From the IMG/VR virus record IMGVR_UViG_3300000062_000468: DNA of 40,830 nt. One strand, given 5' to 3'. Origin of the DNA: a virus. The notes under the pieces were generated by a model that had not been told where the DNA came from, searched no databases, and saw only the letters and a program-made list of their open reading frames with translations. Below, in pieces: positions 28,663 to 38,363 of the stretch (positions within the stretch are counted from its first letter, which is position 1; each line of letters starts with the position of its first letter). A program made the position numbers and the translations under genes.

Positions 28663-29487
28663 CTATTTCTTGTCCGTAATATTAGTTACTTTTGATTTCT
28701 TAGCAGTGGTTTTCTTCTGGGGTTTCGCATCTGCTAATACATTCTTGACACTCTCTGCTTGTTGTAATTTAGCAAACTCATATTGAGACTCCGTTAAATC
28801 TTTTACTTCTTTCACCAACTGCTGATTGGTTTTTCGTGTCTCATTTTCAATCAGTTTATCACCAATAATACTAGCAATAACATCATTATTAAATGCGAAA
28901 TCAGATTTAGCCATATTCTTCATAACTTGAATTTGTTCTTCTTCACTTAAGACACTATTCATCTTTTCCATGTCCGATGTAAGTTTCGCTATATCCTTCG
29001 TAGCTTTGGTTTCAAGTTTAAGTTTCTCATGCTCCAAAGCAAGAATATCCAATACCTTATCTTCGACAGCAGAATTGCTTTCAGCCTGAACTCGTGCAAC
29101 AGCAATATCTTTCAAGAAGTTTACTTTATCTTGAACCATACCCATGATATATTTCATAAGTTGAACACTTTTGTCTCGCAATTCTCTTTCTTGAAGTTTG
29201 TTGATTCTATCATATTCAATCTCGCTTATTGGAAAGAATTTATCAATTAACTTTTTCAACTCAATATCAGCATCATATAGTTTATAAGGGTCGTCTTCCT
29301 CACCTTCCTCTAGTTCAATACCTTCTAAGAAGTATTTGGTAATTGCACCTATTTGTGCCGGTTTTGCGTAATAAGGAGTATACATACCATCCGTGAAACA
29401 CATATCAGCAATATATTCAATAGCGTTCACTTCATCTTGTAGTGTTATTTGAGTTCTGTCTTTAATTCTCATATTATTTTTTTTCAT
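28663..29487 (-). CDS. Putative tail assembly chaperone / hypothetical protein
   Basis: Position between major tail and tape measure genes; helical; GGAGG RBS. Confidence 0.4.
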   Translation of the reverse strand: MKKNNMRIKDRTQITLQDEVNAIEYIADMCFTDGMYTPYYAKPAQIGAITKYFLEGIELEEGEEDDPYKLYDADIELKKLIDKFFPISEIEYDRINKLQERELRDKSVQLMKYIMGMVQDKVNFLKDIAVARVQAESNSAVEDKVLDILALEHEKLKLETKATKDIAKLTSDMEKMNSVLSEEEQIQVMKNMAKSDFAFNNDVIASIIGDKLIENETRKTNQQLVKEVKDLTESQYEFAKLQQAESVKNVLADAKPQKKTTAKKSKVTNITDKK

Positions 29488-29509
29488 ATATCAAATCCTC
29501 CGTTTATTC

Positions 29510-30043
29510 TTAATACAATCTGGTTTCTTCTAAAAATTTACCAACATCATATCTATGGTTGGTCTTGAGTTTTTTATTGTCAATCTTTGTATACTCACAC
29601 AGCTCAAGTATGTCTTTTTCATTTATTGACTTCTTATCCAATTCACCCGTAACTTTTATAAAGTTCTTAATTGGAATGAAGTATGTATTATTATCTTCAG
29701 AACGGAAATTGATAATCAAGCCAGCAACAATGTCATAGTCGCTCATTGTTGCTAATCCCTGTATCTGATTTTTTTTAATCATAAAACTCTGTTTTTTAGT
29801 TTTATCCTCAAAGTCGCCACGCCAAAACGTTAGTGAACCACCTTGAGTGGTTTTTAATTCTAAAGCATAAGAGTTGTGAGTGTTTTTGTTCCATAAAATA
29901 TAGTCACACTCGTTTTTTGAGGCAAAACGAACACTATCGTTTCCACCCCATGTACCAACAGAGTCTTGTAATCTTTTTACATAACAATGCATTGGTACGC
30001 TGTTCTTGAAGTTATTTTCAAATATTTTTCCGTAATTTTTAAT
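29510..30043 (-). CDS. RecU-like Holliday junction resolvase (PD-(D/E)xK)
   Basis: NYGKIFE N-terminal motif, CDY...ALELKTT...IKKNQI..L; the frame extends upstream of the ATG to an ATT located 6 nt after AAGGCGGTGA. Confidence 0.75.
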   Translation of the reverse strand: MKNYGKIFENNFKNSVPMHCYVKRLQDSVGTWGGNDSVRFASKNECDYILWNKNTHNSYALELKTTQGGSLTFWRGDFEDKTKKQSFMIKKNQIQGLATMSDYDIVAGLIINFRSEDNNTYFIPIKNFIKVTGELDKKSINEKDILELCEYTKIDNKKLKTNHRYDVGKFLEETRLY

Positions 30044-30065
30044 TTCTAATCACCGCCTTATCATC

Positions 30066-30290
30066 TTATAATTCGTAATTACACCATTTGTTATAGACTT
30101 CATAACTTTCATCTTTATCAAAAATGAAAATCAATCCTTCTCTTGGCGCAAATACATAGTCAACGTCTACGGGCAAAACGCCCTTACTTATATATTTTCC
30201 AGCTTGTCTGGTATTGATGATGCGAACTGTATTTTCGTCATCATATTCTGAATTCCTCAGTTTCGAATGTTTAATCATTGTTTCCTCCAT
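30066..30290 (-). CDS. Small conserved-looking phage protein
   Basis: I.N..QA.KYI..GV.PVD...FIF....Y.KW pattern seen in small proteins of SPbeta-like tail regions. Confidence 0.55.
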   Translation of the reverse strand: MEETMIKHSKLRNSEYDDENTVRIINTRQAGKYISKGVLPVDVDYVFAPREGLIFIFDKDESYEVYNKWCNYEL

Positions 30291-30384
30291 TTATTCAATC
30301 TAGACATAGGTAAATTCGTAAAAAAATACCTATGCCAACAAATTTGTTAATTAGCATAGGTATCATCGTAAGATGTCACAAACA

Positions 30385-30696
30385 CTAATCAACTTCATTT
30401 TCATCATATTTTTTATAGCCTTTATATTTCTTTTTCCTTGGTTTGATAGTCTCAAATGCCGGCTCTTCAACAACAGGCGTTTCCTCAACGTCAATCGCAG
30501 TAGGTTTAACTTCTGCAATAACAGTTTCTACCTTAACGCCGTCTTTATCTCTCGAATCTGTGATTTCTCCCCAATACTTAACAGCACACGCAGGAGTACA
30601 ACCAACGGCTTTCCAATTGGAATCACCAAACATGGTACTATTACAAGGCACAAAGGGTTTACCACAACCCTTACATGGTATAGTCTTCTTTTGCAT
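30385..30696 (-). CDS. Cys-motif hypothetical protein
   Basis: C..CGK.F.PC...W..V.C...C; AGAGG RBS. Confidence 0.65.
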   Translation of the reverse strand: MQKKTIPCKGCGKPFVPCNSTMFGDSNWKAVGCTPACAVKYWGEITDSRDKDGVKVETVIAEVKPTAIDVEETPVVEEPAFETIKPRKKKYKGYKKYDENEVD

Positions 30697-30764
30697 ATAA
30701 TAGTCCTCTCTAAATAATAAGCCCAGTAGAACTTAATCTACCGAGCCTAATATCATAACAATGA

Positions 30765-31538
30765 TTATTCAAAAACAATCATATCCCACAATGCGTTACT
30801 TCCAGTACAACCACCAGCCATAGCTTCAAATTCAAAAGCTTGAGTAGATGGATCACCGCCAAAAGTAAGGTCAAATGTACCACTGAAGTCAGCTCTTGGG
30901 ATTTGGAACTGAACGTGATATTGATTCTTACAAGAATCTTCTGCTGTACAATCAATGTACAATTGAAGTGTCTTACTGTATTTGTCAGATTCATTTGAGA
31001 TTTTAGCAGCGTCAACCATTGCATCGTAAAATACAACAACTTCAGTTCCTTCGTCTACCGATGTATCAAACGTAACAGTCGTTCCACTAACCTCATATAC
31101 TCCAGCCGCAGCGGTAGCGCCTTGAGTCAACACTTCACCAAGAGAACCATCTACATTTTTGTAATAAATAAATGGGATTTCGTTACCTAAGACACCCACT
31201 GGTGTTTGTGATACAGTAATAGTGTTACTAGCATCAACGCTCTTGATATCTGTGATACGAACTTTTTGCTGTACACCTTCAGTTACTTCAGAACCTAACA
31301 TAGATGCCAAAGCACCACCAACGATAAATCCGTTAGTACCACTACCTGTCACAGCCTTGTTTTTCTTCAACGAACTGATTTTACGTCCACCTCTACCAGT
31401 GATATCAACTTTCTCTTCTGATTGAGAGAGAGTAGTATCTTGAACTTCATCTAAAATGAACTCAAGCGCACCAGTGTTGTTTAACGCAATAATTTGATCT
31501 ACTTGTGTTATAGATAATTTACTTACATTAACTGCCAT
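30765..31538 (-). CDS. Major tail protein
   Basis: Beta-rich, acidic 257-aa protein; 'ITGRGG', 'F.LTFGGDP..Q.FEFE'; strong RBS; synteny. Confidence 0.75.
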   Translation of the reverse strand: MAVNVSKLSITQVDQIIALNNTGALEFILDEVQDTTLSQSEEKVDITGRGGRKISSLKKNKAVTGSGTNGFIVGGALASMLGSEVTEGVQQKVRITDIKSVDASNTITVSQTPVGVLGNEIPFIYYKNVDGSLGEVLTQGATAAAGVYEVSGTTVTFDTSVDEGTEVVVFYDAMVDAAKISNESDKYSKTLQLYIDCTAEDSCKNQYHVQFQIPRADFSGTFDLTFGGDPSTQAFEFEAMAGGCTGSNALWDMIVFE

Positions 31539-31566
31539 TTTATTTCCTCCTCTATTTTTGCATATT

Positions 31567-31594
31567 AAAAAAAGACTTCCGATTTGGAAGTCTT
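31567..31594 (-). terminator. Intrinsic terminator
   Basis: AAGACTTCC/GGAAGTCTT stem with a U-tail on the minus strand. Confidence 0.7.
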
Positions 31595-31601
31595 AGTTGC
31601 A

Positions 31602-32345
31602 TTATTTTGTTTGAACAAAAGATAGTCCTGATTTGTCAGCCATCTTACTAGCATCTACAGTTGCGCTGTAAACACCATTCATTAGGTTATCAAAATCTAT
31701 CTTGTGTTTAATTTGTTTATAAGTTTGATAAAACATGTATATAGACATGTCTAAAAATTGCTCATAGTTATACTTACACTCTGACGTATTAACCAATGCA
31801 ATTACCAAGTTTTCTATATAAGGCTTAAATGGTTCACCTTTACTTCGTCTTAACCGATTTTGTTGTTGTCTACGGTTTTTGTCAATCAGATAGCGCTTAC
31901 CAGATTCATTACCAGAAGTCCTAATATCTTTTTCTAATAGATTTATAGTACAAACAACTTCTGAGATTTGCTCGTATATAAGTTCATCTATTTTGAAATC
32001 ACCATAAGGGTCGCAAAGCACAGGCTTTCCATTTTCTTGATTTACATACTTTCCCACATTACCAACATCCAGTTCACCAAAAAGTAATTCGTAATCTTTG
32101 TCTTCATCGTTAAATATCAAATCAGAAAGCATTAAGAATAAGTCGTAGTGGGTTATTTCTGTGAAGTCAATACCTTGGTCGTCTAATTGAACCATATATG
32201 CATATGGACTGGCAGTTAGCCTAGAAACTAAACTATGATACGCTTCTTCGTCTTTCATGATTTCCTTTAGTTTTGGAATTCTAATTTTCACATAGGGAGT
32301 AATCGGAACTTCTTTTGTGAAAAGTAAACTTTTCTTATTTTCCAT
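31602..32345 (-). CDS. Virion morphogenesis protein (hypothetical)
   Basis: Coupled to 32335-32811, directly before the major tail gene. Confidence 0.5.
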   Translation of the reverse strand: MENKKSLLFTKEVPITPYVKIRIPKLKEIMKDEEAYHSLVSRLTASPYAYMVQLDDQGIDFTEITHYDLFLMLSDLIFNDEDKDYELLFGELDVGNVGKYVNQENGKPVLCDPYGDFKIDELIYEQISEVVCTINLLEKDIRTSGNESGKRYLIDKNRRQQQNRLRRSKGEPFKPYIENLVIALVNTSECKYNYEQFLDMSIYMFYQTYKQIKHKIDFDNLMNGVYSATVDASKMADKSGLSFVQTK

Positions 32346-32811
32346 ATTTGAAACCTTTAGTAAAATCTTTAACTGTAAAAGTTACAGACCTACCCCTAAT
32401 ATCTTTGGTGGGGCAGTAAGGTCTATTTTCTAAAATACCCATAGCGCCAATGCCAAGAACCTTATTATCTGTGAATAATTCATCAATCCTACAAATAACA
32501 CAGTCGTACCAAAGTCCATTGTCCGTTTTTACTACATCATCATTACATATGACAAAAAACCAAACCGTAATATTAGTAAATACTTTATTTCTATAATCAA
32601 TACTTGCCTGTATATCAAAATTAATATATCTAGTGGCATCTTTAAGAGTGTCTGGTATCCATTCATGGGGAAACATTTGCTTATAATGCAAATCCTCTCT
32701 AGCCTTATCAATAGTAGACCCCATTAGTTCAACCAATTCCCTATCTTTGAGCATTGTAGATGTGATTTTATTTTTAAACTCAATCATATAATCACTATTT
32801 GACATTCCCAT
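32335..32811 (-). CDS. Putative tail terminator protein
   Basis: Size, synteny and alpha/beta pattern. Confidence 0.45.
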   Translation of the reverse strand: MGMSNSDYMIEFKNKITSTMLKDRELVELMGSTIDKAREDLHYKQMFPHEWIPDTLKDATRYINFDIQASIDYRNKVFTNITVWFFVICNDDVVKTDNGLWYDCVICRIDELFTDNKVLGIGAMGILENRPYCPTKDIRGRSVTFTVKDFTKGFKYGK

Positions 32812-32825
32812 AAAATCACCTCCTT

Positions 32826-33827
32826 CTAGTAGAATCCGCTGATGGTAATAACCATTTCAGACGAAAACTCACCATCTACAAGTATTTGCAGAGTTATTGT
32901 TTTACCAATAAAATTGTCATCATCTGTATATAGAACAACGGTTTTACCTTGTATTTGCACATGTAATTCACTTAGAACATCCGAAGTTATATCCCAATCG
33001 AAATTAGGATTTAATATCTCATTACCATCAGCATCTTTAAATACAACTGTGTAAGTCTGCATCATATCTAAGTACAGTTTTCGTGAACCAGATATTTCAG
33101 ATAGGGTAGTAGAGACACTAGGTTTTTGTGCTTCAGGTTCGAAGTAATCTGCAATCCAAACATCTTCACCATCTACATTAACTAGCCTGTCAGCATCAGC
33201 ATTGAACTTATCCTCCAACAGTGAAATATCCACAATACCATTACCAAAAGACCTAGACGAACTATCATTTTGAGTTATCTTGAATGGCGTTGGTTTTTCC
33301 ATATTTCTACATAAAAAAACACGCTGGGGAGTACCTAGCATGATAGTGTGTAAATTATATGGTAAGGCTATTTTGTGTTGAGCTGAACCAAATGTATATT
33401 TGTTACCATTCATGGTTGTTTCGCCACTATTGTACTGAGTTGCGTTTAAGTCAACTCCCCAATAGCGAACAATTTCACCACTTGGTAATTGCCAAGATAA
33501 ATTCCAATTACATTGCTCCATGAAACCATCTACATATACTTCATCATCGTAATCTGCCTTTGTAATTAACCAACGAGTGTTAGCCCAATCAACATAAGTT
33601 CCTGTTTCGAATTTCTCATCAGGAAGTGATTTTATGATTTTTTGATATTGATGATTTCCGGAATCTACAACTAAGTTGCAGTTTCTACCATCTAACTTGA
33701 CTTCCTTGCAAGAAGGAGAGTTTAGAGCTTTTTCTCGTAATTTACGTTTGGTTTGATTTATAATTCTATCTCGCTTAGAGTAACCATGAAGGTTCATCTT
33801 GCTGTCATAATTTGTCCAATATTCCAT
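32826..33827 (-). CDS. Putative head closure / head-tail joining protein
   Basis: G.YVDW...WLI...G.ME.CN..L.W pattern; synteny after the adaptor. Confidence 0.5.
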   Translation of the reverse strand: MEYWTNYDSKMNLHGYSKRDRIINQTKRKLREKALNSPSCKEVKLDGRNCNLVVDSGNHQYQKIIKSLPDEKFETGTYVDWANTRWLITKADYDDEVYVDGFMEQCNWNLSWQLPSGEIVRYWGVDLNATQYNSGETTMNGNKYTFGSAQHKIALPYNLHTIMLGTPQRVFLCRNMEKPTPFKITQNDSSSRSFGNGIVDISLLEDKFNADADRLVNVDGEDVWIADYFEPEAQKPSVSTTLSEISGSRKLYLDMMQTYTVVFKDADGNEILNPNFDWDITSDVLSELHVQIQGKTVVLYTDDDNFIGKTITLQILVDGEFSSEMVITISGFY

Positions 33828-33831
33828 AACA

Positions 33832-34119
33832 TCACCTCGTCTCTAAGGTTTCAGCTAAGTCCGAAAGAGTAGCAGTAGATTTAAAAACCTCACGCCTACA
33901 TTGCTTTGTACTAAAAACATTTTTCTGAAAATAGTATATTGAATTAACAACACTTAAATATTCTTGACTTACTTTAAGTTCAGGATATGTTTCCATAGCG
34001 CCTACCAATTGTATAATCAAACTATCTATGTATTCAGATAAACCTTCATTAGATTCTTCCTTCAAAGGTAAAATCTTAAACACCTTATTAACAGCAGACC
34101 TTAAATATTTACTTACCAT
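33832..34119 (-). CDS. Hypothetical virion protein
   Basis: GGAGG RBS before the ATG at 34119; overlaps the stop of the upstream gene. Confidence 0.55.
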   Translation of the reverse strand: MVSKYLRSAVNKVFKILPLKEESNEGLSEYIDSLIIQLVGAMETYPELKVSQEYLSVVNSIYYFQKNVFSTKQCRREVFKSTATLSDLAETLETR

Positions 34120-34576
34120 ATGAAAAGTCCTCCTGCTTCTTATGCTCAAAACTATATTCGTTTATCAGCTTCCGCACATTTCTTTGATAAAAGTCTAAAG
34201 TTTCACGAGTCTGCTTTAGTAGGTTAGCAGGGCTATATAGCTTGAAATCTGGCGTGTTTAAAATGTTTTCCAAATTATCTCCAAATGCAACTTTAGGTTT
34301 TAACCATTCGACAACCATACACTCAGAAAGAATATTTAAAACTTGAAAGTCTAATTCTTCTTTAAATTCAAGCACTTGTCCGCAACAGTTGTGTTCGATA
34401 TCTAATGATACTATTGTTAAATCTTGCAAACAATCTGGTCTAAACTCTACACATGCAGCCCTCAAATATAATTCAATAGTTCTATTTCTAACTTCGTTAT
34501 CCATAACTGTAAAATTAAAGTCGCTAATTTTATTTAGAAATAACTCGTAAACTTCTGAACATTTGGTGTTAGGCAT
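34109..34576 (-). CDS. Putative head-tail adaptor
   Basis: T...EVYELFL.KI.D...DFK.YS.ANLL pattern; two genes after the MCP. Confidence 0.55.
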   Translation of the reverse strand: MPNTKCSEVYELFLNKISDFNFTVMDNEVRNRTIELYLRAACVEFRPDCLQDLTIVSLDIEHNCCGQVLEFKEELDFQVLNILSECMVVEWLKPKVAFGDNLENILNTPDFKLYSPANLLKQTRETLDFYQRNVRKLINEYSFEHKKQEDFSYGK

Positions 34577-34587
34577 AGTAACACCTC

Positions 34588-35175
34588 CTAGTTATCGAAG
34601 CTTAGTTTGATATCTAATCCTGTTGCATTTTCGATGGCTTTTATAATTCTTATATCGTACAGCTCTCCGGTGGCAGCCATTTCGTTAGCTCGAATTACAA
34701 TATTTTCTCTAACACCTTCTGGCATTTTGCGAAGTTTATCCTCGATTTCTGAAGGTTTTAATTCAAAAACAGAGCCAATATTTGATGGATTAAATGTTTC
34801 GGTATAATATCTGTCAATATTTAAAGCCTTATTGAGTTCGTATTCTGTAATACCTTCCAAGTCTGCACTTGGGTCTTCAACTCCAACTACAGCAATCCAA
34901 TTATCCTCGAAAAATTTGCGTTGAGTTGCTTTCATAGCGGTGATATCAGAAACCCGTAATACTTGTTCTTCTCCACAATGACTCCAAAAATACTTATCGC
35001 CAGTTTTTTCATTAACATAGGTCAAACGCCCATAATAACAACTAACTACCTTAAGACTTACGTCTTGATTTAGCTTGTAAACTTTCTTTGTGGCTACTTT
35101 TTTAATTTCTGGTTTTATAACTTCTTTTACGACATCTGGTTTCTTAACGTCTTTTTTGGCTTTTGTATTTGCCAT
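34588..35175 (-). CDS. Hypothetical protein following the major capsid gene
   Basis: AAGGAGG RBS; synteny. Confidence 0.6.
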   Translation of the reverse strand: MANTKAKKDVKKPDVVKEVIKPEIKKVATKKVYKLNQDVSLKVVSCYYGRLTYVNEKTGDKYFWSHCGEEQVLRVSDITAMKATQRKFFEDNWIAVVGVEDPSADLEGITEYELNKALNIDRYYTETFNPSNIGSVFELKPSEIEDKLRKMPEGVRENIVIRANEMAATGELYDIRIIKAIENATGLDIKLSFDN

Positions 35176-35196
35176 TTTAGTATCCTCCTTTTATCC

Positions 35197-35223
35197 AAAA
35201 GAGCAGAGGATTAACCTCTGCTC
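35197..35223 (-). terminator. Intrinsic terminator after the major capsid gene
   Basis: GAGCAGAGG/CCTCTGCTC stem with a U-tail. Confidence 0.75.
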
Positions 35224-35241
35224 GAAATGTACTTTGTTAAA

Positions 35242-36243
35242 TTATGCTGTTTTCATAACTCCAATTTTTTCATTGAAGCATAGACCAACACCAAACTCCT
35301 GTCCATACAAGTAATTTTGTGTAAAGTCTGCTGTGTTGACAGCTTCTTTAACTTGGATGATACCTTCACCAACATTAACAACTTTAATTGGTTTATCATC
35401 AGATGCAAGAATATAAATCTTATCATCATCTAACAAAAAGTTATCAGTACCAACTTCATGACGTTGAGGAACAACAATCATATCAGTACCGTTAAACTTA
35501 CCATAGTATCCCATGTTATACATGTCTGTATCGCCTTCACGTGACCGAACAGCAGTGGTAACTTTTCTTAAAGCCTTTCTTGTACCATAAATCACAGCTC
35601 TGCGCTTAGTGCTAATTTCAACATGTTCAACTAGCTCTAGTAATTCATCTTCTGTGTATGTTCCTGCTGGTACATAAGTGCTGTTAAGACCATGTGACGT
35701 TGCAGAAATACTTGCGAAAGCGTTATAAACATCCTCTTTCAATTTTTCTGCCATAGCTGTGGCTACCTTCTGAACAAAGGTATCGAAATCAACTCTACCA
35801 GCCATAAGTCTTTTAGCTTCTTCATATACTTTGATAACCTTTAGTGAAGTAGCAACATTATATTTCTCCATTTCACCTAGTCTTTGTCTACGAACGCCTG
35901 TAACACCATAAGAACCATCTGCAACGATGAATTCAGACTTGTTTTCAGTCCAGAAGTCAATATCATCACCTAATTCAAGGTTGCGATATTCAACCATATT
36001 AAAGAAAAATTCATCTCCCATAAGTCCTTCGTGAACAATTGCTGGAATGAGAGCTTCGATGATCTCAAAAATCTCATTACCTCTATGGAATGTCTTCAGA
36101 CTTAATTCTTTTTTACCACCATTTAACTCAATCAATTGTGCAACAAGTGCTTCTGAATTTTTACTTGCATCTGCAAAATTAGAAGCAACTCGTCCATAAA
36201 TCATATCCGTTGCAAGTTTAATTACTTTTACTCTATCTGCCAT
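35242..36243 (-). CDS. Major capsid protein
   Basis: 333 aa, strong RBS, follows the protease/scaffold and decoration genes, followed by a terminator. Confidence 0.8.
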   Translation of the reverse strand: MADRVKVIKLATDMIYGRVASNFADASKNSEALVAQLIELNGGKKELSLKTFHRGNEIFEIIEALIPAIVHEGLMGDEFFFNMVEYRNLELGDDIDFWTENKSEFIVADGSYGVTGVRRQRLGEMEKYNVATSLKVIKVYEEAKRLMAGRVDFDTFVQKVATAMAEKLKEDVYNAFASISATSHGLNSTYVPAGTYTEDELLELVEHVEISTKRRAVIYGTRKALRKVTTAVRSREGDTDMYNMGYYGKFNGTDMIVVPQRHEVGTDNFLLDDDKIYILASDDKPIKVVNVGEGIIQVKEAVNTADFTQNYLYGQEFGVGLCFNEKIGVMKTA

Positions 36244-36267
36244 TATTTATCCCTCCTGTAGTTTTTC

Positions 36268-36732
36268 TTATAAAAATTGAACGCCATATTTACCGTTGTA
36301 CAAATCAACAATTTTTCCAACAGCATTAGCATCAGTAGCAGCAGGTTTAAGCTTTGTGCTACCACCTTCGATTTCAACAAATTCACCAACTACTGGAGTA
36401 CCACCAAAAGCTTCTTCGGTTAGTCCCACATAATTAGTCTTTTCTAACATATCCCCGTCCATTGGTTGACCAACTTCGTTATAAAAATCAGAAATATTTT
36501 TCTTTCTTTCGTCAGCCATTACTTCAGGTGTGCCTAAAATAACAATCTCGTCTAATTTAGTTGAGGCTGTTGGAATAGAATAATCATATAATTCCCTTTC
36601 CCCTGGAAGTTTATCTCCCAATACCACAATGTTTCCGTTATCAATATCTGCTTTGCATTTTAGAGAAACTCTTTTTGAGCCATCCCATTCCGCAGCTACT
36701 CGTTCTCTCGTAATTACTGCATGTTTTGCCAT
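36268..36732 (-). CDS. Putative capsid decoration protein
   Basis: IDNGNIV.LG motif; lies between scaffold and MCP; AGGAGG RBS before the ATG at 36732. Confidence 0.6.
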   Translation of the reverse strand: MAKHAVITRERVAAEWDGSKRVSLKCKADIDNGNIVVLGDKLPGERELYDYSIPTASTKLDEIVILGTPEVMADERKKNISDFYNEVGQPMDGDMLEKTNYVGLTEEAFGGTPVVGEFVEIEGGSTKLKPAATDANAVGKIVDLYNGKYGVQFL

Positions 36733-36792
36733 AATGTATTTCCTCCTATTATTTGTTTGTATAAAAATAGAACGCATTGTGCGTCCTTGGTT

Positions 36793-38118
36793 TTAGGCTT
36801 CATATTTTTTTGATAAAATCCCACCGTATCCGTCATCCTGTTTATCTTCTTTCATATCTACAGGTAATTTGACGCTGTTGAATTTTTCTGTTTTCTTGGC
36901 TGAGAAGTTGGTATTTTGTCTACCGATGATGCTGTAGCACTTATCCTCAATTTCTTCAATAGACAATTCAGAACAGTTTTCACGTAATTGTTTGAATTCT
37001 TCAACATCACCAAGTTTTGAATTGAATTGTTCAAATACCTCTGATTCAGCCAAAGCTCTTTGTGCTGCTAACGCTTTAGTTTTGAATGTACGCAACTCAT
37101 CAACTTCTTCATTTGGTGTAGAATGTGTTTCTTTATATGTCTCATACTCTTGTTTTAATAAAGAGTATTCGTCAGTCTCATCAGTAGTTTCTTCGTCTGT
37201 TTCAACTTCTTCGACTTTAGTTTCGTCAACTTCTGCTTCATTAGTCTCTGTTTTTTCAACTTCCTCTACTTCAACAGTTTCTTCTTCTGGTGTTTCATCG
37301 GCATTAGATTCTTCTACTTCAGTTTCAGAAACTTCTTCTACAGCAGACTCTTCAAATTTTTCATCCTTTTTCAAGTCAGTTCCTCCTTTCGCAGATTTAT
37401 CTATATCATCAACCTTTTTATTAGATTGCTGATTTAAAAGTAAAGCCACCTTTTCTTTCATTTCGCTTAGTTCCACAGCAAATTTATTTAACGAAAATTC
37501 CTCTGCTACAGGAGCGACATTTGAACTTATAAAACATGGCTCTGTGTGTTCCTCTGGATTATCAGATTTACCCAATAAACATAGTGCTGAATATGTCCAA
37601 TCTAACAATTCCATATAGTTACTATCTTCTTCATAAGGGCGATAGTTGCCATTTTCCATATTCAATTCCATTGATTGATTAAACCAAACATCTTCTGAAT
37701 AAATAGCTTCTTTTAATTCTGGATATCTCGTTGTCCACAAATAAACATTTGCGGTAAGATATTCAACATCAGTACCATATTCATTTACAGTTTCATATTC
37801 AAAACTGTTATCAATAACTACACCAAAAGGTACAGTTAAATCTTTAAATTCCCAATCGTCAGTTATTTCAAAATCATGTCCACCAACATATCGTGTACCA
37901 TCTTCTTTTTCAATTAGATGAGCAACAACAGGGCAGTAGGGCAGTTTAACCAATGCTTTTTCAACACTTTCTTTACTCATATATGTAAAGTTACGGTTTT
38001 TACCTATACCTTGAACGTAAACTTTACAAAGAGTAAATTCCTCGTTTACAGCTCGTATTGGTTTGATTTTTGCACTAAACTGAATGGAAGTATATTTTTT
38101 GTCTAACTTCTTTGGCAT
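36793..38118 (-). CDS. Prohead protease with acidic scaffold-like C-terminus
   Basis: G.NRN, GGHD, PFG, QSME and ALCLLG...PCF motifs followed by an E-rich linker and coiled coil; start at 38118 behind AAGGAGG. Confidence 0.75.
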   Translation of the reverse strand: MPKKLDKKYTSIQFSAKIKPIRAVNEEFTLCKVYVQGIGKNRNFTYMSKESVEKALVKLPYCPVVAHLIEKEDGTRYVGGHDFEITDDWEFKDLTVPFGVVIDNSFEYETVNEYGTDVEYLTANVYLWTTRYPELKEAIYSEDVWFNQSMELNMENGNYRPYEEDSNYMELLDWTYSALCLLGKSDNPEEHTEPCFISSNVAPVAEEFSLNKFAVELSEMKEKVALLLNQQSNKKVDDIDKSAKGGTDLKKDEKFEESAVEEVSETEVEESNADETPEEETVEVEEVEKTETNEAEVDETKVEEVETDEETTDETDEYSLLKQEYETYKETHSTPNEEVDELRTFKTKALAAQRALAESEVFEQFNSKLGDVEEFKQLRENCSELSIEEIEDKCYSIIGRQNTNFSAKKTEKFNSVKLPVDMKEDKQDDGYGGILSKKYEA

Positions 38119-38162
38119 TACAACCTCCTTTTCTTGCAATAAAATAGACCTTGTGAAAGGTC

Positions 38163-38363
38163 TTAGAATAGCAACTTATTACTGTATGTATATTTCTTTT
38201 TATCAATATTTGAAAAGTTGAAAGCTAGTTCACTGATTGGTTCGTTTAGAAAAATGATTAGTCCATTGGATTCGCCAACTTGCTTATAATATTTTCTTAA
38301 CGATTCAGAAAGCTTTTCATCTCTGCAATAAATAAACTTTTTATCATCCATTTTATCATCCAC
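38163..38363 (-). CDS. Small hypothetical protein
   Basis: KFIYC...NKLLF; lies between portal and protease. Confidence 0.55.
   Translation of the reverse strand: MDDKMDDKKFIYCRDEKLSESLRKYYKQVGESNGLIIFLNEPISELAFNFSNIDKKKYTYSNKLLF

Noticed and set aside
28259-29487. Programmed frameshift in a tail chaperone
   Set aside because: No convincing slippery site with an open shifted frame was identified, and the downstream gene has its own RBS.
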